DNA of 64,000 nt from positions 64,001-128,000 of the forward strand of contig CAVXEP010000022.1 in the NCBI GenBank assembly GCA_963760795.1, given 5' to 3'. The DNA comes from an uncultured delta proteobacterium (GTDB taxonomy: Bacteria; Desulfobacterota; Binatia; UBA9968). A model generated the notes under the pieces. That model worked only from the letters and a program-made list of their open reading frames with translations, was not told the origin of the DNA and ran no database searches. Shown piece by piece: positions 20,551 through 31,335 of the stretch (position 1 is its first letter; every line of letters starts with the position of its first letter). Both the position numbers and the translations under genes were made by a program.

Positions 20551-21263
20551 GTGAACCGAATCGCCGACTTTGCCGTCGATCGAGCGATGCGCATGTCATC
20601 GCTCGCATCCTCACCGGCAATCGCTTGAAAACGGTTGCTCAAGGACTGGAACACTTGCCGCCGCAGGGTCCGGCGATCATCGCCGCGCGCCATTACCACC
20701 ACCTGTTTGACGGCCTGGCTTTTTTTGCCGCCGTCGAGAGGCGCTTTCATATCGTCGTGACGCTCGATTGGGCGCAAAACCGACGTACCAAATTCTTCAT
20801 GAGCAGCCTCAACACCCTCGCCCGTTGGCCGATGGTGTTACGCGAACAGGCGATCGAAAATTCCCCCCGAGAGAGCCGCCTTTACACTGCCAACGATACG
20901 CGCCGCTACCAGCTGGCCGCACTACGCCAGTCCGTCAAGCTACTCAAGGAAAATCGTCTGTTAATTATTTTCCCCGAAGGATTTCCATACGTCGATCCGG
21001 TGTTTACTCCCAAGACTCGCGCCGACGAATTCCTGCCTTTCAAACCAGGATTCGCGGCCATCGCCGAAAGCGCCGAGCGAATGATGCATCGAGCGATCCC
21101 GATCATCCCGACGGGAATTCGATACCAAATCGGATCGACCTGGCTGGCCCATCTCAGCTTCGGCCCACCCGTCTATCGGCGCGACTTCCCCTCGCGGCAG
21201 TGTTTTATCGACTCGGTTTCAGATACCGTAAAACGGCTTTCCGGCTTGCAAGCAGGGAGCTGA
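20551..21263 (+). CDS. PlsC-like acyltransferase (5' frameshift; main ORF from 20625)
   Basis: GLEHLP..GPAIIAARHYHHLFDG (Hx4D), IIFPEG, PFKPGF, PIIPTGI. Confidence 0.8.
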
Positions 21264-21280
21264 GGAGCAAACCAGCCTCG

Positions 21281-21538
21281 CTAATCGGCGTCTTCTTCGG
21301 GCAGATCATCAAGCGCCTTGAGCTGTATTTTACCTTCTTTGTCCTTGATCAATAACTCAACCTTTTTTTCAACCTCATTGAGCTTGTGATTGCAAAATTT
21401 CACCAAGCCGACGCCCTTTTCGAACGCCGCCAAAGAATCGTCGAGGGCGAGATCGCCAGATTCGAGTTGTTCGACGACCTGCTCCAGTTCGTCCAATGCG
21501 CCTTCAAAGTTCTTATGGATCGATTCTTTTTTCGCCAT
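21281..21538 (-). CDS. xseB: Exodeoxyribonuclease VII small subunit
   Basis: FEGALDELEQVVEQLESGDLALDDSLAAFEKG. Confidence 0.95.
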   Translation of the reverse strand: MAKKESIHKNFEGALDELEQVVEQLESGDLALDDSLAAFEKGVGLVKFCNHKLNEVEKKVELLIKDKEGKIQLKALDDLPEEDAD

Positions 21539-21539
21539 G

Positions 21540-22460
21540 TCATTTCTCCGCATTCTCTGCCGCTTTGTTCGTCTCCATAGCAGCCGTATGACTGGAAAAC
21601 TTGCGCAATAAATCCAACGGATCGACTCGGGTGTTGTTCAAGCGCACGCCCCAATGCAGATGCGGTCCGGTGACCCGCCCGGTGCCGCCCGAGAGCGCCA
21701 GCACATCGCCGCGACGCACCATCGCTCCCTCCTCGACCTTGAATTCCGACAGGTGAAAATACATCGAAAATAAGCTGCCGCCATGGTCGATGACCACACT
21801 GCCGCCGGCGAAGAAAAAATTCCCCACCAGAACCACCCGGCCATGATTGGTGGCGACGACTTCCGTGCTCGCCGGCGCCGAGAGGTCCGTGCCGGTATGC
21901 GGTGCCCGCGGCACGCCGTTGATAATGCGCCGCGAACCGAAAGAGGATGCCGAAGCTTCCTGGGGCACCGGCCGCATGAACGGCAGATTCCACAACCGAT
22001 CCACCGCCGTATTGGCGAAGGCATTGGCGAAGGCAGTCTGTTCGCGACGAATCTCGGCGAGCGTCTCCGGGCTCATCTGATCGAAGCTCGGCGGCACGTT
22101 GAAGGATTCTTTGTGAAACGCCTTGGCTTTGATCTTGAGCGGAATCTCGCTTTGACGCCGATCGCCGCCGGCGGTGGTCGCCTTCAACAACAACTTAACC
22201 GTCGCCGGCTTCGCTTCGACGTCGACGCCGACTAAAGCTGAATGAACTCCCTTTTCTCTAGAATGAAAGTAAATCCTCTCCTTGCCCAGCAGCCCGTCCA
22301 CTTCAAGCAACTCTTCACCGCCGACCGTGACTTCAACGAGGTCACCCTGAGATGCCTCCAACGGCTTGGGCCAGTGAATCGTCGCCGCGTTGGCAGCGAA
22401 CGACGACAGGACTGTGAAAATCACGAGCCAGAGAAAGGAGTAGACCGGCCGAGCTGTCAT
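21540..22460 (-). CDS. M23 family metallopeptidase
   Basis: HTGTD, IDHG, YFHLS, TGRVTGPHLHW; signal peptide. Confidence 0.92.
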   Translation of the reverse strand: MTARPVYSFLWLVIFTVLSSFAANAATIHWPKPLEASQGDLVEVTVGGEELLEVDGLLGKERIYFHSREKGVHSALVGVDVEAKPATVKLLLKATTAGGDRRQSEIPLKIKAKAFHKESFNVPPSFDQMSPETLAEIRREQTAFANAFANTAVDRLWNLPFMRPVPQEASASSFGSRRIINGVPRAPHTGTDLSAPASTEVVATNHGRVVLVGNFFFAGGSVVIDHGGSLFSMYFHLSEFKVEEGAMVRRGDVLALSGGTGRVTGPHLHWGVRLNNTRVDPLDLLRKFSSHTAAMETNKAAENAEK

Positions 22461-22461
22461 T

Positions 22462-23703
22462 TCATTCCTTCTCCTCCACTCGGCACAGCGCTTTGCCCTG
22501 GGCAAAGCTGACACGCAACCGATCACCCGCTTGCAGTTCCGCCGAACTCTTGACGATACGCTCCTCGGGCAACTTGTGCGCGATGCTATAGCCGCGCTCG
22601 AGCACGGCCAAAGGACTGAGTGCGCCCAAACGGCCGGCGCGCTCGGCTAAACGGTCTTTGAGCTGGCGCAGCCGTTCTTTCAGCCGGCGAGTTAGATCGA
22701 TCGACAATTCGTCGACACGCTGCTGGTTCTCGCGCAGCCTGCGGCTCGGATCGGACAAACGCTTGACCAAGCCCTCGAAGGTTTCACGCAACTGCTCGAG
22801 TTTGAAATCGATCCCACTCGCCAAGCGCACCTCTAAAGTCTCGACTTGCTCCAACAGATCGCGCTTGCGCGGCAATACCATTTCGGCCGCCGCCGTGGGC
22901 GTCGGCGCGCGCGCGTCGGCAACGAAGTCGGCGATGGTAAAATCGATCTCGTGGCCCACCGCCGAAACCACCGGAACCTCCGACGCGAAGATCGCCCGGG
23001 CGACCACTTCTTCGTTAAACGCCCATAAATCTTCCAATGAGCCGCCGCCCCGTCCGGCGATAATTACATCGACGGCAGCGAAACGGTTGAGATCGGCGAT
23101 GGCGCCGGCGATCTCCCGCGCCGCGCCGTCACCCTGAACTTTCACCGGACAAATGACGATGCGCCGGTCCGGATAGCGATCGCCGATGATGCGCAACATA
23201 TCGTGCAACGCGGCGCCTTTGCCGGAAGTAACGATGCCGATGGAATGAGGCAGGAACGGCAGCTCGCGCTTGCGTTCGCTGGCGAATAAACCTTCGGCGG
23301 CAAGCTTCTTTTTCAGTTGCTCGAAGGCCAGCGCCAGCGCGCCCTGCCCTTGCGGCTCCATGTCGTCGACATAGAGCTGCAAATCGCCGCGCACGGTGTA
23401 AACGCTCACCCGGCCGAAACAAAGCACCGCCATGCCATTGTCCGGCGTGAAGCGCAGCAGCGCCCCCTGGCGGCGAAACATCACCGCCGAGATTTGGCTC
23501 TTGTCGTCTTTGAGGGTGAAATAACAGTGGCCCGACGGCGGCATGCGAAAATTGGAAATTTCGCCCTGAACCCAAAGCGGTTCCAGCCGCGACTCTAACG
23601 TGCCTTTGATCCGCTCGTTGAGTTCGCTAATCGTTAGAAACTTGCGGGCGTCGCCGGCGAACAGCGGCAAGTCAATTGCCTTTTTCGCAATGATACGCGC
23701 CAT
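22462..23703 (-). CDS. xseA: Exodeoxyribonuclease VII large subunit
   Basis: WVQGEISN..SGHCYFTLKD, RGGGSLEDLWAFNEE, VGHEIDFT, RAPTPTAAAE. Confidence 0.97.
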   Translation of the reverse strand: MARIIAKKAIDLPLFAGDARKFLTISELNERIKGTLESRLEPLWVQGEISNFRMPPSGHCYFTLKDDKSQISAVMFRRQGALLRFTPDNGMAVLCFGRVSVYTVRGDLQLYVDDMEPQGQGALALAFEQLKKKLAAEGLFASERKRELPFLPHSIGIVTSGKGAALHDMLRIIGDRYPDRRIVICPVKVQGDGAAREIAGAIADLNRFAAVDVIIAGRGGGSLEDLWAFNEEVVARAIFASEVPVVSAVGHEIDFTIADFVADARAPTPTAAAEMVLPRKRDLLEQVETLEVRLASGIDFKLEQLRETFEGLVKRLSDPSRRLRENQQRVDELSIDLTRRLKERLRQLKDRLAERAGRLGALSPLAVLERGYSIAHKLPEERIVKSSAELQAGDRLRVSFAQGKALCRVEEKE

Positions 23704-23722
23704 ATTGCTGCGACTTTAGCAC

Positions 23723-23757
23723 AAAAAAAACGGCCCTCCGAGAGGAGGGCCGTTTTT
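23723..23757 (-). terminator. Intrinsic terminator (bidirectional form) after ctpA
   Basis: A-tract CGGCCCTCC-GAGA-GGAGGGCCG T-tract. Confidence 0.85.
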
Positions 23758-23782
23758 ATCGATTTGATATTAGTAGAAAACT

Positions 23783-25144
23783 TTACGCCGCTTTCTTCTG
23801 CACCACCTGTTTGAAGACATCCCAGCTCTTCAACAGATCGAGAGCGCGCTTGAGCTGCTGATCGTTATCGATGGTCTCGTCGCCGGTGGGACCGGAAGTG
23901 GGAATCTGCTTTTCCCGTTCGCGATCGATCTGCTCTTGTTCTTGAGCTGAATTTTGCTGCGGATTATTCAAGTGGCCCGGCAGGTTTTCCTCGCGCAGGC
24001 TCGGCCGCTTTCTATCGTCGGGTTTGCCGTCCTGCAATACGACGTTTTCGATGACGATATCCGGCACGATGCCGGTGGCCTGAATCGACCGTCCTTTGGG
24101 AGTGAAATAACGCGCCGTGGTCAGCCGCAGCGCCGAATTATCATCCAACGGCAGGATCGTCTGCACCGATCCCTTGCCAAAAGACTTGGTGCCGAGAACC
24201 ACCGCGCGCTTGTGATCTTGCAGCGCGCCGGCGACGATCTCCGAGGCGCTGGCGCTGCCGCCGTTGACCAGGACGACCAGCGGGAAATCCATCCAGGTGC
24301 CGTCTTTCTGGGCGAAGAATTTTTGCTTTTGCGATTCGATGCGGCCGTCGGTGTAAACGATCATGCCGGAGTCGAGAAACAGATCCGAGACCCGCACCGC
24401 CTGGTTCAACAAGCCGCCGGGATTGTTGCGCAGATCGAGGACTAGCCCTTTAATACCGCTCTTCTCCGCCGCCAACTTCTCCAAGGCGCGCTGGACATCG
24501 CGGTCGCTGCGTTCTTGGAACTGCGCCAGGCGCACATAACCGTAACCGGGCTCCAACGAGCGGCTCTTGACACTCTGCACGCGAATAATGTCACGCACCA
24601 AGGAGACGTCGATGAGATCGGCGGCGCCTTCGCGCCGGATCGTCAAATTGATCTTGGTGCCCTTCAACCCGCGCATTTTTTTCACCGCGTCCACCAGCGA
24701 CATGTCTTTGGTGAACTCGTCTTCGATCTTGAAGATCTGATCGCCCGGCTTGATACCGGCTTTGAACGCCGGGGTATCTTCGATGGGGGACACGACGGTT
24801 AGCATGCCGCCTTTGACTGAGATCTCGATGCCCAAGCCGCCGAATCGTCCCTGGGTATCGCTTTGCAGGTCCTTGTACAGATCGGGCGTCAAGTAGGCGC
24901 TATGCGGATCGAGGGAGTTCAACATGCCGTTGATGGCGCCGTTGACCAAGTTTTTGGTCTCGACATCCTCAACGTAGTTTTTCTTAACGATGGACAGAAT
25001 GTTGCTGAAGGCTTCCAGGCTCTCATAGTCCTGCCGCCCAACCGCCGATACGTTCGGCACCCATTGGGCGGAGACGAATAAGCCGATGCCGATGCCGAGG
25101 ACGATCAGTAGCAATGGCGTTCCATGTCGTTTCACAAGTCGCAT
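23783..25144 (-). CDS. ctpA: Carboxy-terminal processing protease (S41, PDZ)
   Basis: LDPHSAY, FGGLGIE, LDLRNNPGGLL, SASASEIVAGALQD, FGKGSVQ. Confidence 0.93.
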   Translation of the reverse strand: MRLVKRHGTPLLLIVLGIGIGLFVSAQWVPNVSAVGRQDYESLEAFSNILSIVKKNYVEDVETKNLVNGAINGMLNSLDPHSAYLTPDLYKDLQSDTQGRFGGLGIEISVKGGMLTVVSPIEDTPAFKAGIKPGDQIFKIEDEFTKDMSLVDAVKKMRGLKGTKINLTIRREGAADLIDVSLVRDIIRVQSVKSRSLEPGYGYVRLAQFQERSDRDVQRALEKLAAEKSGIKGLVLDLRNNPGGLLNQAVRVSDLFLDSGMIVYTDGRIESQKQKFFAQKDGTWMDFPLVVLVNGGSASASEIVAGALQDHKRAVVLGTKSFGKGSVQTILPLDDNSALRLTTARYFTPKGRSIQATGIVPDIVIENVVLQDGKPDDRKRPSLREENLPGHLNNPQQNSAQEQEQIDREREKQIPTSGPTGDETIDNDQQLKRALDLLKSWDVFKQVVQKKAA

Positions 25145-25209
25145 GAAATTTCTCCCTAAATAGTCGCTGACAACTAGCTTATAATTCTAGCTCAATGGTT
25201 GTGCAATAG

Positions 25210-26376
25210 CTATCGTTTCTTGAGCCATGGAATGGGATCGATGGAGCGGCCGTCCTTGCGCAGTTCAAAATAAAGCTTGGCGCCACTTAGCGAGTCGCTA
25301 TCGCCGACCCGTCCCAGGATATCGCCGCGGCCCAGCTCTTCGCCGTTTTTCCTAATGATTTCAGAAAGATGACCATAAACTGTATAGTAACGCTCGCCAT
25401 GATCGACGATCACCATGCGACCATAGCCGGTAAAGCGGTCAGCGAATACTACACGGCCTTTTTCCACCGCACGCACGCCATCGCCGAGTGGCGCGTCGAT
25501 GTCGATGCCCTTGCGGACCATCTCGGCGGCGAATTCCGGATGTTGGAATTTGCCAAAGGGCGCGCTTACCGGGCCCTTGACCGGCCAGTCCAACTGCCCA
25601 AGCAAGCTATCGAGGCCGCGCCCCGTGGAAGACGGCGCAGGTAATTCTCTCGGCCTGACAATCGCCCGGCGGGCGATTTCGTCGAGCATTTTCTGCAGCC
25701 GCTGTGCCGCCGCTGCCATATCGCGCAAGGCTTTGAGCCGGCTATCTTTTTCCTGGCGCAAACCAATTAAAAGAATTTTCTTTTTATCCATCTCCTGCGC
25801 CACCGCGGCGCGGGCCAGGACCAACAGCTTTTTTTGCGCCGCCAAGCGATCCTTCTGCTCGCTCAGTTGGCGCCGCAAACTTTCCTGGCGCTGGCTTTCG
25901 CCGTGCAATTCGCCGATCAATTCCCGGTCGAAAGCTAACGTCGCCGCGAAGTAACGCTGGCGTTTAAGGGTTGCGCTCAGAGCGCTGGCGCCGTCGACAA
26001 ACCACAAAGAACCGCCGCTGCGTTGCCAGCGGTAGAGCGCAGCCGCGCGCTGCCGAAACAATGCCTCGCGTTGGCTAATCGAGCCGTGCACCTTACGCGC
26101 CTCGGCCTCGGTCTCTTGGATCGCGCCGAGTATCGCGCTGTATTGGCCATCGGCAACCTTGAGGTCCTTGGTTTTCTTGTCGAGATCGTGCTCAATTTTG
26201 CCGAGAGCGGTGAGCACGCCGCCTTCTTTGATTTGCAGCTGCGATAGGCCTTTTTTTTCGCTCTCGATCCTTCGCTTTATGCCGTCGAGATCTTTGCTGG
26301 CAACCGCGCCCGGCACCTCTCTGAAGCCGGCCAGCAGCAACAAGAACGCGCCGATTAACGCGCGGACGCGTGCCAC
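25210..26376 (-). CDS. envC: Murein hydrolase activator EnvC
   Basis: Coiled coil plus degenerate M23 domain (KGIDI, LYFELR); follows ftsEX. Confidence 0.88.
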   Translation of the reverse strand: MARVRALIGAFLLLLAGFREVPGAVASKDLDGIKRRIESEKKGLSQLQIKEGGVLTALGKIEHDLDKKTKDLKVADGQYSAILGAIQETEAEARKVHGSISQREALFRQRAAALYRWQRSGGSLWFVDGASALSATLKRQRYFAATLAFDRELIGELHGESQRQESLRRQLSEQKDRLAAQKKLLVLARAAVAQEMDKKKILLIGLRQEKDSRLKALRDMAAAAQRLQKMLDEIARRAIVRPRELPAPSSTGRGLDSLLGQLDWPVKGPVSAPFGKFQHPEFAAEMVRKGIDIDAPLGDGVRAVEKGRVVFADRFTGYGRMVIVDHGERYYTVYGHLSEIIRKNGEELGRGDILGRVGDSDSLSGAKLYFELRKDGRSIDPIPWLKKR

Positions 26377-27279
26377 GAGCGCACCATCCCCCGCGCGGCG
26401 AATAAACTTGCCGAAGCGCCGAGCACAACGCCGATGGCCAGCACCAAAGCGATACTGGGCCCATCGAGAAACTCGATTCGGCCGAGCGCAGGAACAAGGT
26501 CAGACAGTCCGGCGGCATCGTCACGCAGCATCGCGATAAACTCCCCAAAGTACCGCTAGGCCGCCGCCCGCACCGAGCAGTCCTTGAACCAACCCTTCGA
26601 TCGCTAACGGCGCTTGGATCAGCGCTTCGCGCGCGCCGACCAGCTGCATCACTTCGATCTCTTCCCGCCGCGCCATAATCGCCAGCTTCGCCACGTTGCT
26701 GACGAGGAAAAAGGTCGCGGCAAAGAGCACTCCGGCGACCAGCCATTTGGCCCACTGCAACGCCAACACAACTAAGCTTAGTCGTTCCACCCATTGCTGC
26801 GGATAATCGATTCGGGTCAATTCCTTTTGCTGCCTTAGACGCCCAACCAACTGTTCCATTGCGGCGCTATCGCGGAAACTCGGCCGCACGGAAATTTCCA
26901 CTGAGGCAGGTAAGACATCGCGCGGCAGTCCTTCGAGCAATCCCGATTGTGCCCCTAAGCTGGCCTGAAAATCACGCCAGGCCTGTTCCTGGCTGGTATG
27001 GCGCACCTGGGCGATTTCGGGAAAGCCGTGCAGACGCGCCAGCAAAGCTTCCAACTCGACGGCGCCGATGCCCTGGGCGAGGTATGCGGTCAGTTGCAGC
27101 TGATCACCCCACCCGCGCAAAAGTTTTTCCAGATTGAGTTGGAGCATCAGGAACCCGCCAAACACACCGAGTGTCAGCGCAATCGTCAAACTGGTCAGAA
27201 CAACGGCCCAAAGAAATTGCCGCAGCCCATGGCCGGCGCGCCGAGCGACAAAACCGAGTGTGGCCATCAGAGGCGCCAC
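26355..27279 (-). CDS. ftsX: Cell division permease FtsX (frameshift near 26530)
   Basis: TM-ECD-TM layout, LPASVEI, ARREEIEVMQLVGA, IEGLVQG. Confidence 0.88.
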
Positions 27280-27956
27280 TCCGCTGCGCCGCTGCCGGCC
27301 GTATCGGCGACTATTCTACCCTGCTCGAGGTGAATCACCCGGCTGGCTATTACTCTAAAAAGATTTTCATCGTGGCTGGCAATCACGATGGTGCTGTCCT
27401 GCTTTCGGATATCTTCGAAAAGCCGCAACGTCTCGGCTGCGGCCGCGCCGTCAAGATTACCAGTGGGCTCGTCGGCCAAAATCAGTGCTGGCCGATTGAC
27501 CAGCGCGCGCGCCACCGCGACCCGTTGCTGCTCCCCACCCGATAGTCCACTAGGTTTAGCATGACGGCGAGAGGCCAAGCCAAGCTCGCCCAACAACTGT
27601 TCGGCCCTCGCCTGGGCGGCTTTTTTCGTGGTGCCAGCAATTTCCGCGGCGAGGGCGATATTTTCCAACGCGGTCAAATTCGCCAATAGCCTGAACTCTT
27701 GGAAGACCAGTCCGACTCGGCGCCGCAGTCGCGCCACGTCCGGGCCATCGAAGAATTTGAGATTCCGACCTTCGACAAGAATCTCACCTGAACTCGGTTC
27801 CTCCTCGCGATATACGAGCTTCAACAAGGTCGACTTGCCGGCGCCGTTGGCGCCGCTTAGAAGCACCAACTCGCCTTTATGAATCTCTAGATTGATGTCG
27901 TCGAGGGCGCGTAGGCCCGGCGCATAGCGCTTCGCAACATGCTGGAATTGGATCAT
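27267..27956 (-). CDS. ftsE: Cell division ATP-binding protein FtsE
   Basis: GANGAGKST, VFQEFRLL, LSGGEQQRVA, ADEPTGNLD. Confidence 0.92.
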   Translation of the reverse strand: MIQFQHVAKRYAPGLRALDDINLEIHKGELVLLSGANGAGKSTLLKLVYREEEPSSGEILVEGRNLKFFDGPDVARLRRRVGLVFQEFRLLANLTALENIALAAEIAGTTKKAAQARAEQLLGELGLASRRHAKPSGLSGGEQQRVAVARALVNRPALILADEPTGNLDGAAAAETLRLFEDIRKQDSTIVIASHDENLFRVIASRVIHLEQGRIVADTAGSGAAEWRL

Positions 27957-28112
27957 TCCGATGAAAATTCGGCTGGGAAAGTCGCGATTGACAAGAGTTT
28001 TCGGCTTGACACCGCCAACCCCGGTTGTTAAGTTCTTTAAAACTTCAAGCTCCTCAATCATCTATAAAAGATGCTCCAAGCAGTTACAAGCATTCGGGAG
28101 GTTACGGAACCG

Positions 28113-30324
28113 ATGCTGCAACACAAGCGAAAAATTTCATATCGTTTTGATCAAGCCATCCAAGTACGACGATGACGGCTACCTGATTCGTTTTTGGAAA
28201 GGCGTGTTGCCGAGCAATACGCTCAACGTCCTGCATGGCTTGACCGAGGATATCAAAGAGCGCCGTGTGTTCGGCAAGCTCGACATCGAAGTGACCACCT
28301 TCGATGAAACCGCCGAGAAAGTTCCGGTGGGCAAAATCATCCGCTGGAGTAAAGCGCCCGGCACCAAACTACTGGTGTGCATGGTCGGCGTGCAAACCAA
28401 TCAATTTCCCCGCGCTGTCGACATGGCGCGGCTCTTTCGCGGCGAAAAAATCACGGTGATCATGGGCGGCTTCCACACCAGCGGCACCATCAACATGCTG
28501 AGCGACCAGGAGCCGGATATCCAGGAACTTTTTCGTGAAGGCATCTGCGTCGTGTCCGGCGAAGTCGAAGGCAAATGGGAAGGCATTCTCGCGGATTATC
28601 TGCACGGGCAGCTAAAGCCGCTGTATAGCTTCGCCCAGGATCTGCAAAATTTGGTCGACATTGGCGAGGCGCCGCTGCCGCGAACCAGCGCGAAAACCAT
28701 GCGCCATTTCGCCTACCCGAGTTTCGCCACCGCCGACACTTCGCGCGGCTGCCCGTTCTCTTGCAGCTTCTGCACCATCATCAACGTCCAGGGACGCAAG
28801 ATGCGCGAGCGCAGCCCGGCGAGCATCGCGGCAATGATGCGGCGCAATCTTGCGAACGGCCTATCTTTTTATTTTTTCACCGACGACAACTTCGCCCGTA
28901 AAAAACTCTGGCGCGAGACCTTTGAAGAAATCATCAAGTTGCGCGATGAGGGACTCGACATCACCTTCATGATGCAGGTCGATCTGGCCCGCAAGCCGAA
29001 AGACTTCGTCACGCTGGCCGCCAAAGCCGGTTGCACTCAGGTCTTCATCGGCATGGAAAGCGTCAACCCGCAAAACCTGGCGGCCGAAGGCAAGAAGCAA
29101 AATAAAGTCGACGAATACCGCGCCATCATCAAGGAATGGCATGACGCCGGCGTTTTAGTGCATGCCGGTTACATCATCGGCCTGCCGTGGGATTCCAAGG
29201 AGCAGGTCGCCGAGGACATGCGTTTTCTTAAGGACGAAGTCGAACCGGATCAGGCGTCGTTCTTTATGCTGACGCCTCTGCCCGGCTCCCACGATCACCG
29301 CGAGATGAAAAGGCGTGGAGATTGGATGGACCCGGACTTCAACAAGCGCGATTCGTTCCACGCAACCATCAAGCATCCGCTCATGACCGCGGAGGAATGG
29401 ACCGAGGCCTACGAAGACGCTTGGAAAACCTTTTACAGCAAAGAGAACATGATCAAGGCTCTGTCCAAGTGGACCGACAATCCGAAAAACTACTGGAACC
29501 TGATGGCGATCTTCTTCTGGTACAAGAACGCGGCTTTGATCGAGAAGCAGCACCCCATGGTCGCCGGCTTCTTCCGCTTGAAAGATCGTAAAGTCCGCCG
29601 GCCCGGCTACGCCGTCGACTCGCTCCCGGTGCATCTGTGGAAACGCGCCAAAGAAAACACGGCTCTACTGATCACTTGGGCAAAATTCGTCAAGGAGATG
29701 GAAGAGGTCTGGCTGCAAACCCGCAACAAAAGCGAAACCGAAGAGCGTTGGTTGGAACAAATCCAAAGAACTCAGTCTGACATCTGGCGAGCATTACGCA
29801 TTGGCGAGATTCAGAATATTTATAACAACGCCAAAGATACCTTGCCGGAACGGGTGAGAGTTCTGTTAGCGCCGCTCGACGACCTATCGTCTCGAATTCT
29901 TTACAGCCGGCGCGATCTCAACCGCTTTTTAAAGCAATGGGAGCAACTGCGCCAAAGCATACAGGATCTCCGGCTGGGAGAATCGGAAACCGCGCGCAAA
30001 TGGCTCGACGAGATGCAGCAGATTCAGACCAGCATTCGCTTTAGCGACCGCATCAGTGAATGGCAGGAAAGTTACCAACGCCTGCGCAATTCGCTGCCTT
30101 CGAAGGCGCAACTGAGCCTGATCCAGTACGACGCCATCAATGACCGGGTGGTCTATTCGCGCCAGCAACTTCAGCGCATTTGGAGCGAGAGCGTGAACAA
30201 TTTCAAAGCCCACAAGCTTTGGGCGCTCCGGCCGTTGCAGCTCACCCGGGCGGCGATACACGATTTGTTCCTGACCCGCTCCTTCGCGGCAACCTTCAAA
30301 GAGTTTTCTAAATTGGGAGCGTAA
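28113..30324 (+). CDS. B12-binding-like radical SAM protein with long helical C-terminal extension (start uncertain)
   Basis: IKPSKYDDDGY N-terminus, MGGFH, RGCPFSCSFC (CxxxCxxC), FTDDNF, FIGMES, LTPLPGS; RBS-led ATG 28113 is out of frame, implying an early indel. Confidence 0.85.
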
Positions 30325-30363
30325 ACAGCTTCGCCGGAGCAAGTACTCAACCCGCCCGCCGGG

Positions 30364-31198
30364 TTAGTGAATTAGCACGGAGTGCTTCGCTAGATCCGCC
30401 AATTGGTCGCGAATCGCCCCGGCGTCTCGCGCATCCGGCGCCAGCCGCAGATAAGTTTCGAAGTCATCTTTCGCCTGGCCATAGCACTCAAGCCGCAAAT
30501 ACACCGCCCCACGATCGCGCACTTCTTCCACCGCATCGGGATCTAGGATAATCAGACGGTCGAGCACAGCGAGCATTTTGACCAGCTCATCGCCGCGGCC
30601 ATAGATCGCCTTGAGATTTCCGAGCATGCGTAGGAGAATCTGCTTCTTGGTCACTGGGGCGAGGAATTCGCGGCGCAAGCCGACTTTGCCGCCGTACATT
30701 TCCCGCAACATTTGGTCCAGATCTTTAGGTGATTTGATTTCGCCGCCGTTGAATGGGTCGATGACGATCTCGTTGCTCATCGATGGCAGTCTTCACCAGG
30801 AAGTGGCCGGGAAAGCCGACGCCGTTGAAGTTAAGGCCGATGCGCTGCGCTACCTCCATATAGAGAACCGACAAGGTGATGGGAATGCCGGTCTTACGTT
30901 CTATCACCCGATTGAGAAAACTATTTTCCGCATCGTAATAGGCATCGCGATTGCCGCGAAAGCCCTGCTCGTTGAACAGAACATAATTGAGCGCGGCGAT
31001 TGAACGAAACATATCCGCCCCAGCACCGCACCTTTGACCGACCGCGACGGCCAATTCATCGATGCGCCGGAGATAACTTGAGATGTCGAGATCGGGATAG
31101 TCGGCAAGGGCGATGGTCAGCGCGGCGCGGCCAAGGTCAATGGTTTCTTCCGGCCGTTCGACCGCCTGACGAAATTCTCGGTAAGGATCGGTAGCCAA
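30364..31198 (-). CDS. SirB1-like transglutaminase-core/TPR protein (frameshift near 30780)
   Basis: GFRGNRDAYYDAENSFL, TGIPITLS, GVGFPGHFLV, IDPFNGG, RMLGNLK, EVRDRG. Confidence 0.88.
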
Positions 31199-31232
31199 TG
31201 TGCGAGTTATTACAGATTTACTCGAAGAAATC

Positions 31233-31305
31233 TCACCGCAGAGACATAGAGTACACAGAGAAAGAATTCTCTCAAAACTCTGCGACCTCAGCGCCTCTGC
31301 GGTGA
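31233..31305. repeat. Intergenic hairpin of 9-bp-period GCAGAG / CTCTGC units (REP-like)
   Basis: TCACCGCAGAG...CTCTGCGGTGA terminal inverted repeat with three degenerate units per arm. Confidence 0.75.
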
Positions 31306-31335
31306 ATCGTGTCGTGACTTTTCCCGTCAACTTCT

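Noticed and set aside
27961-28112. N-terminal extension of the radical SAM ORF and the 5' extension of ftsE to 28061
   Set aside because: The two extensions would overlap head to head and leave no promoter space; internal starts (27956 and about 28113) fit better.
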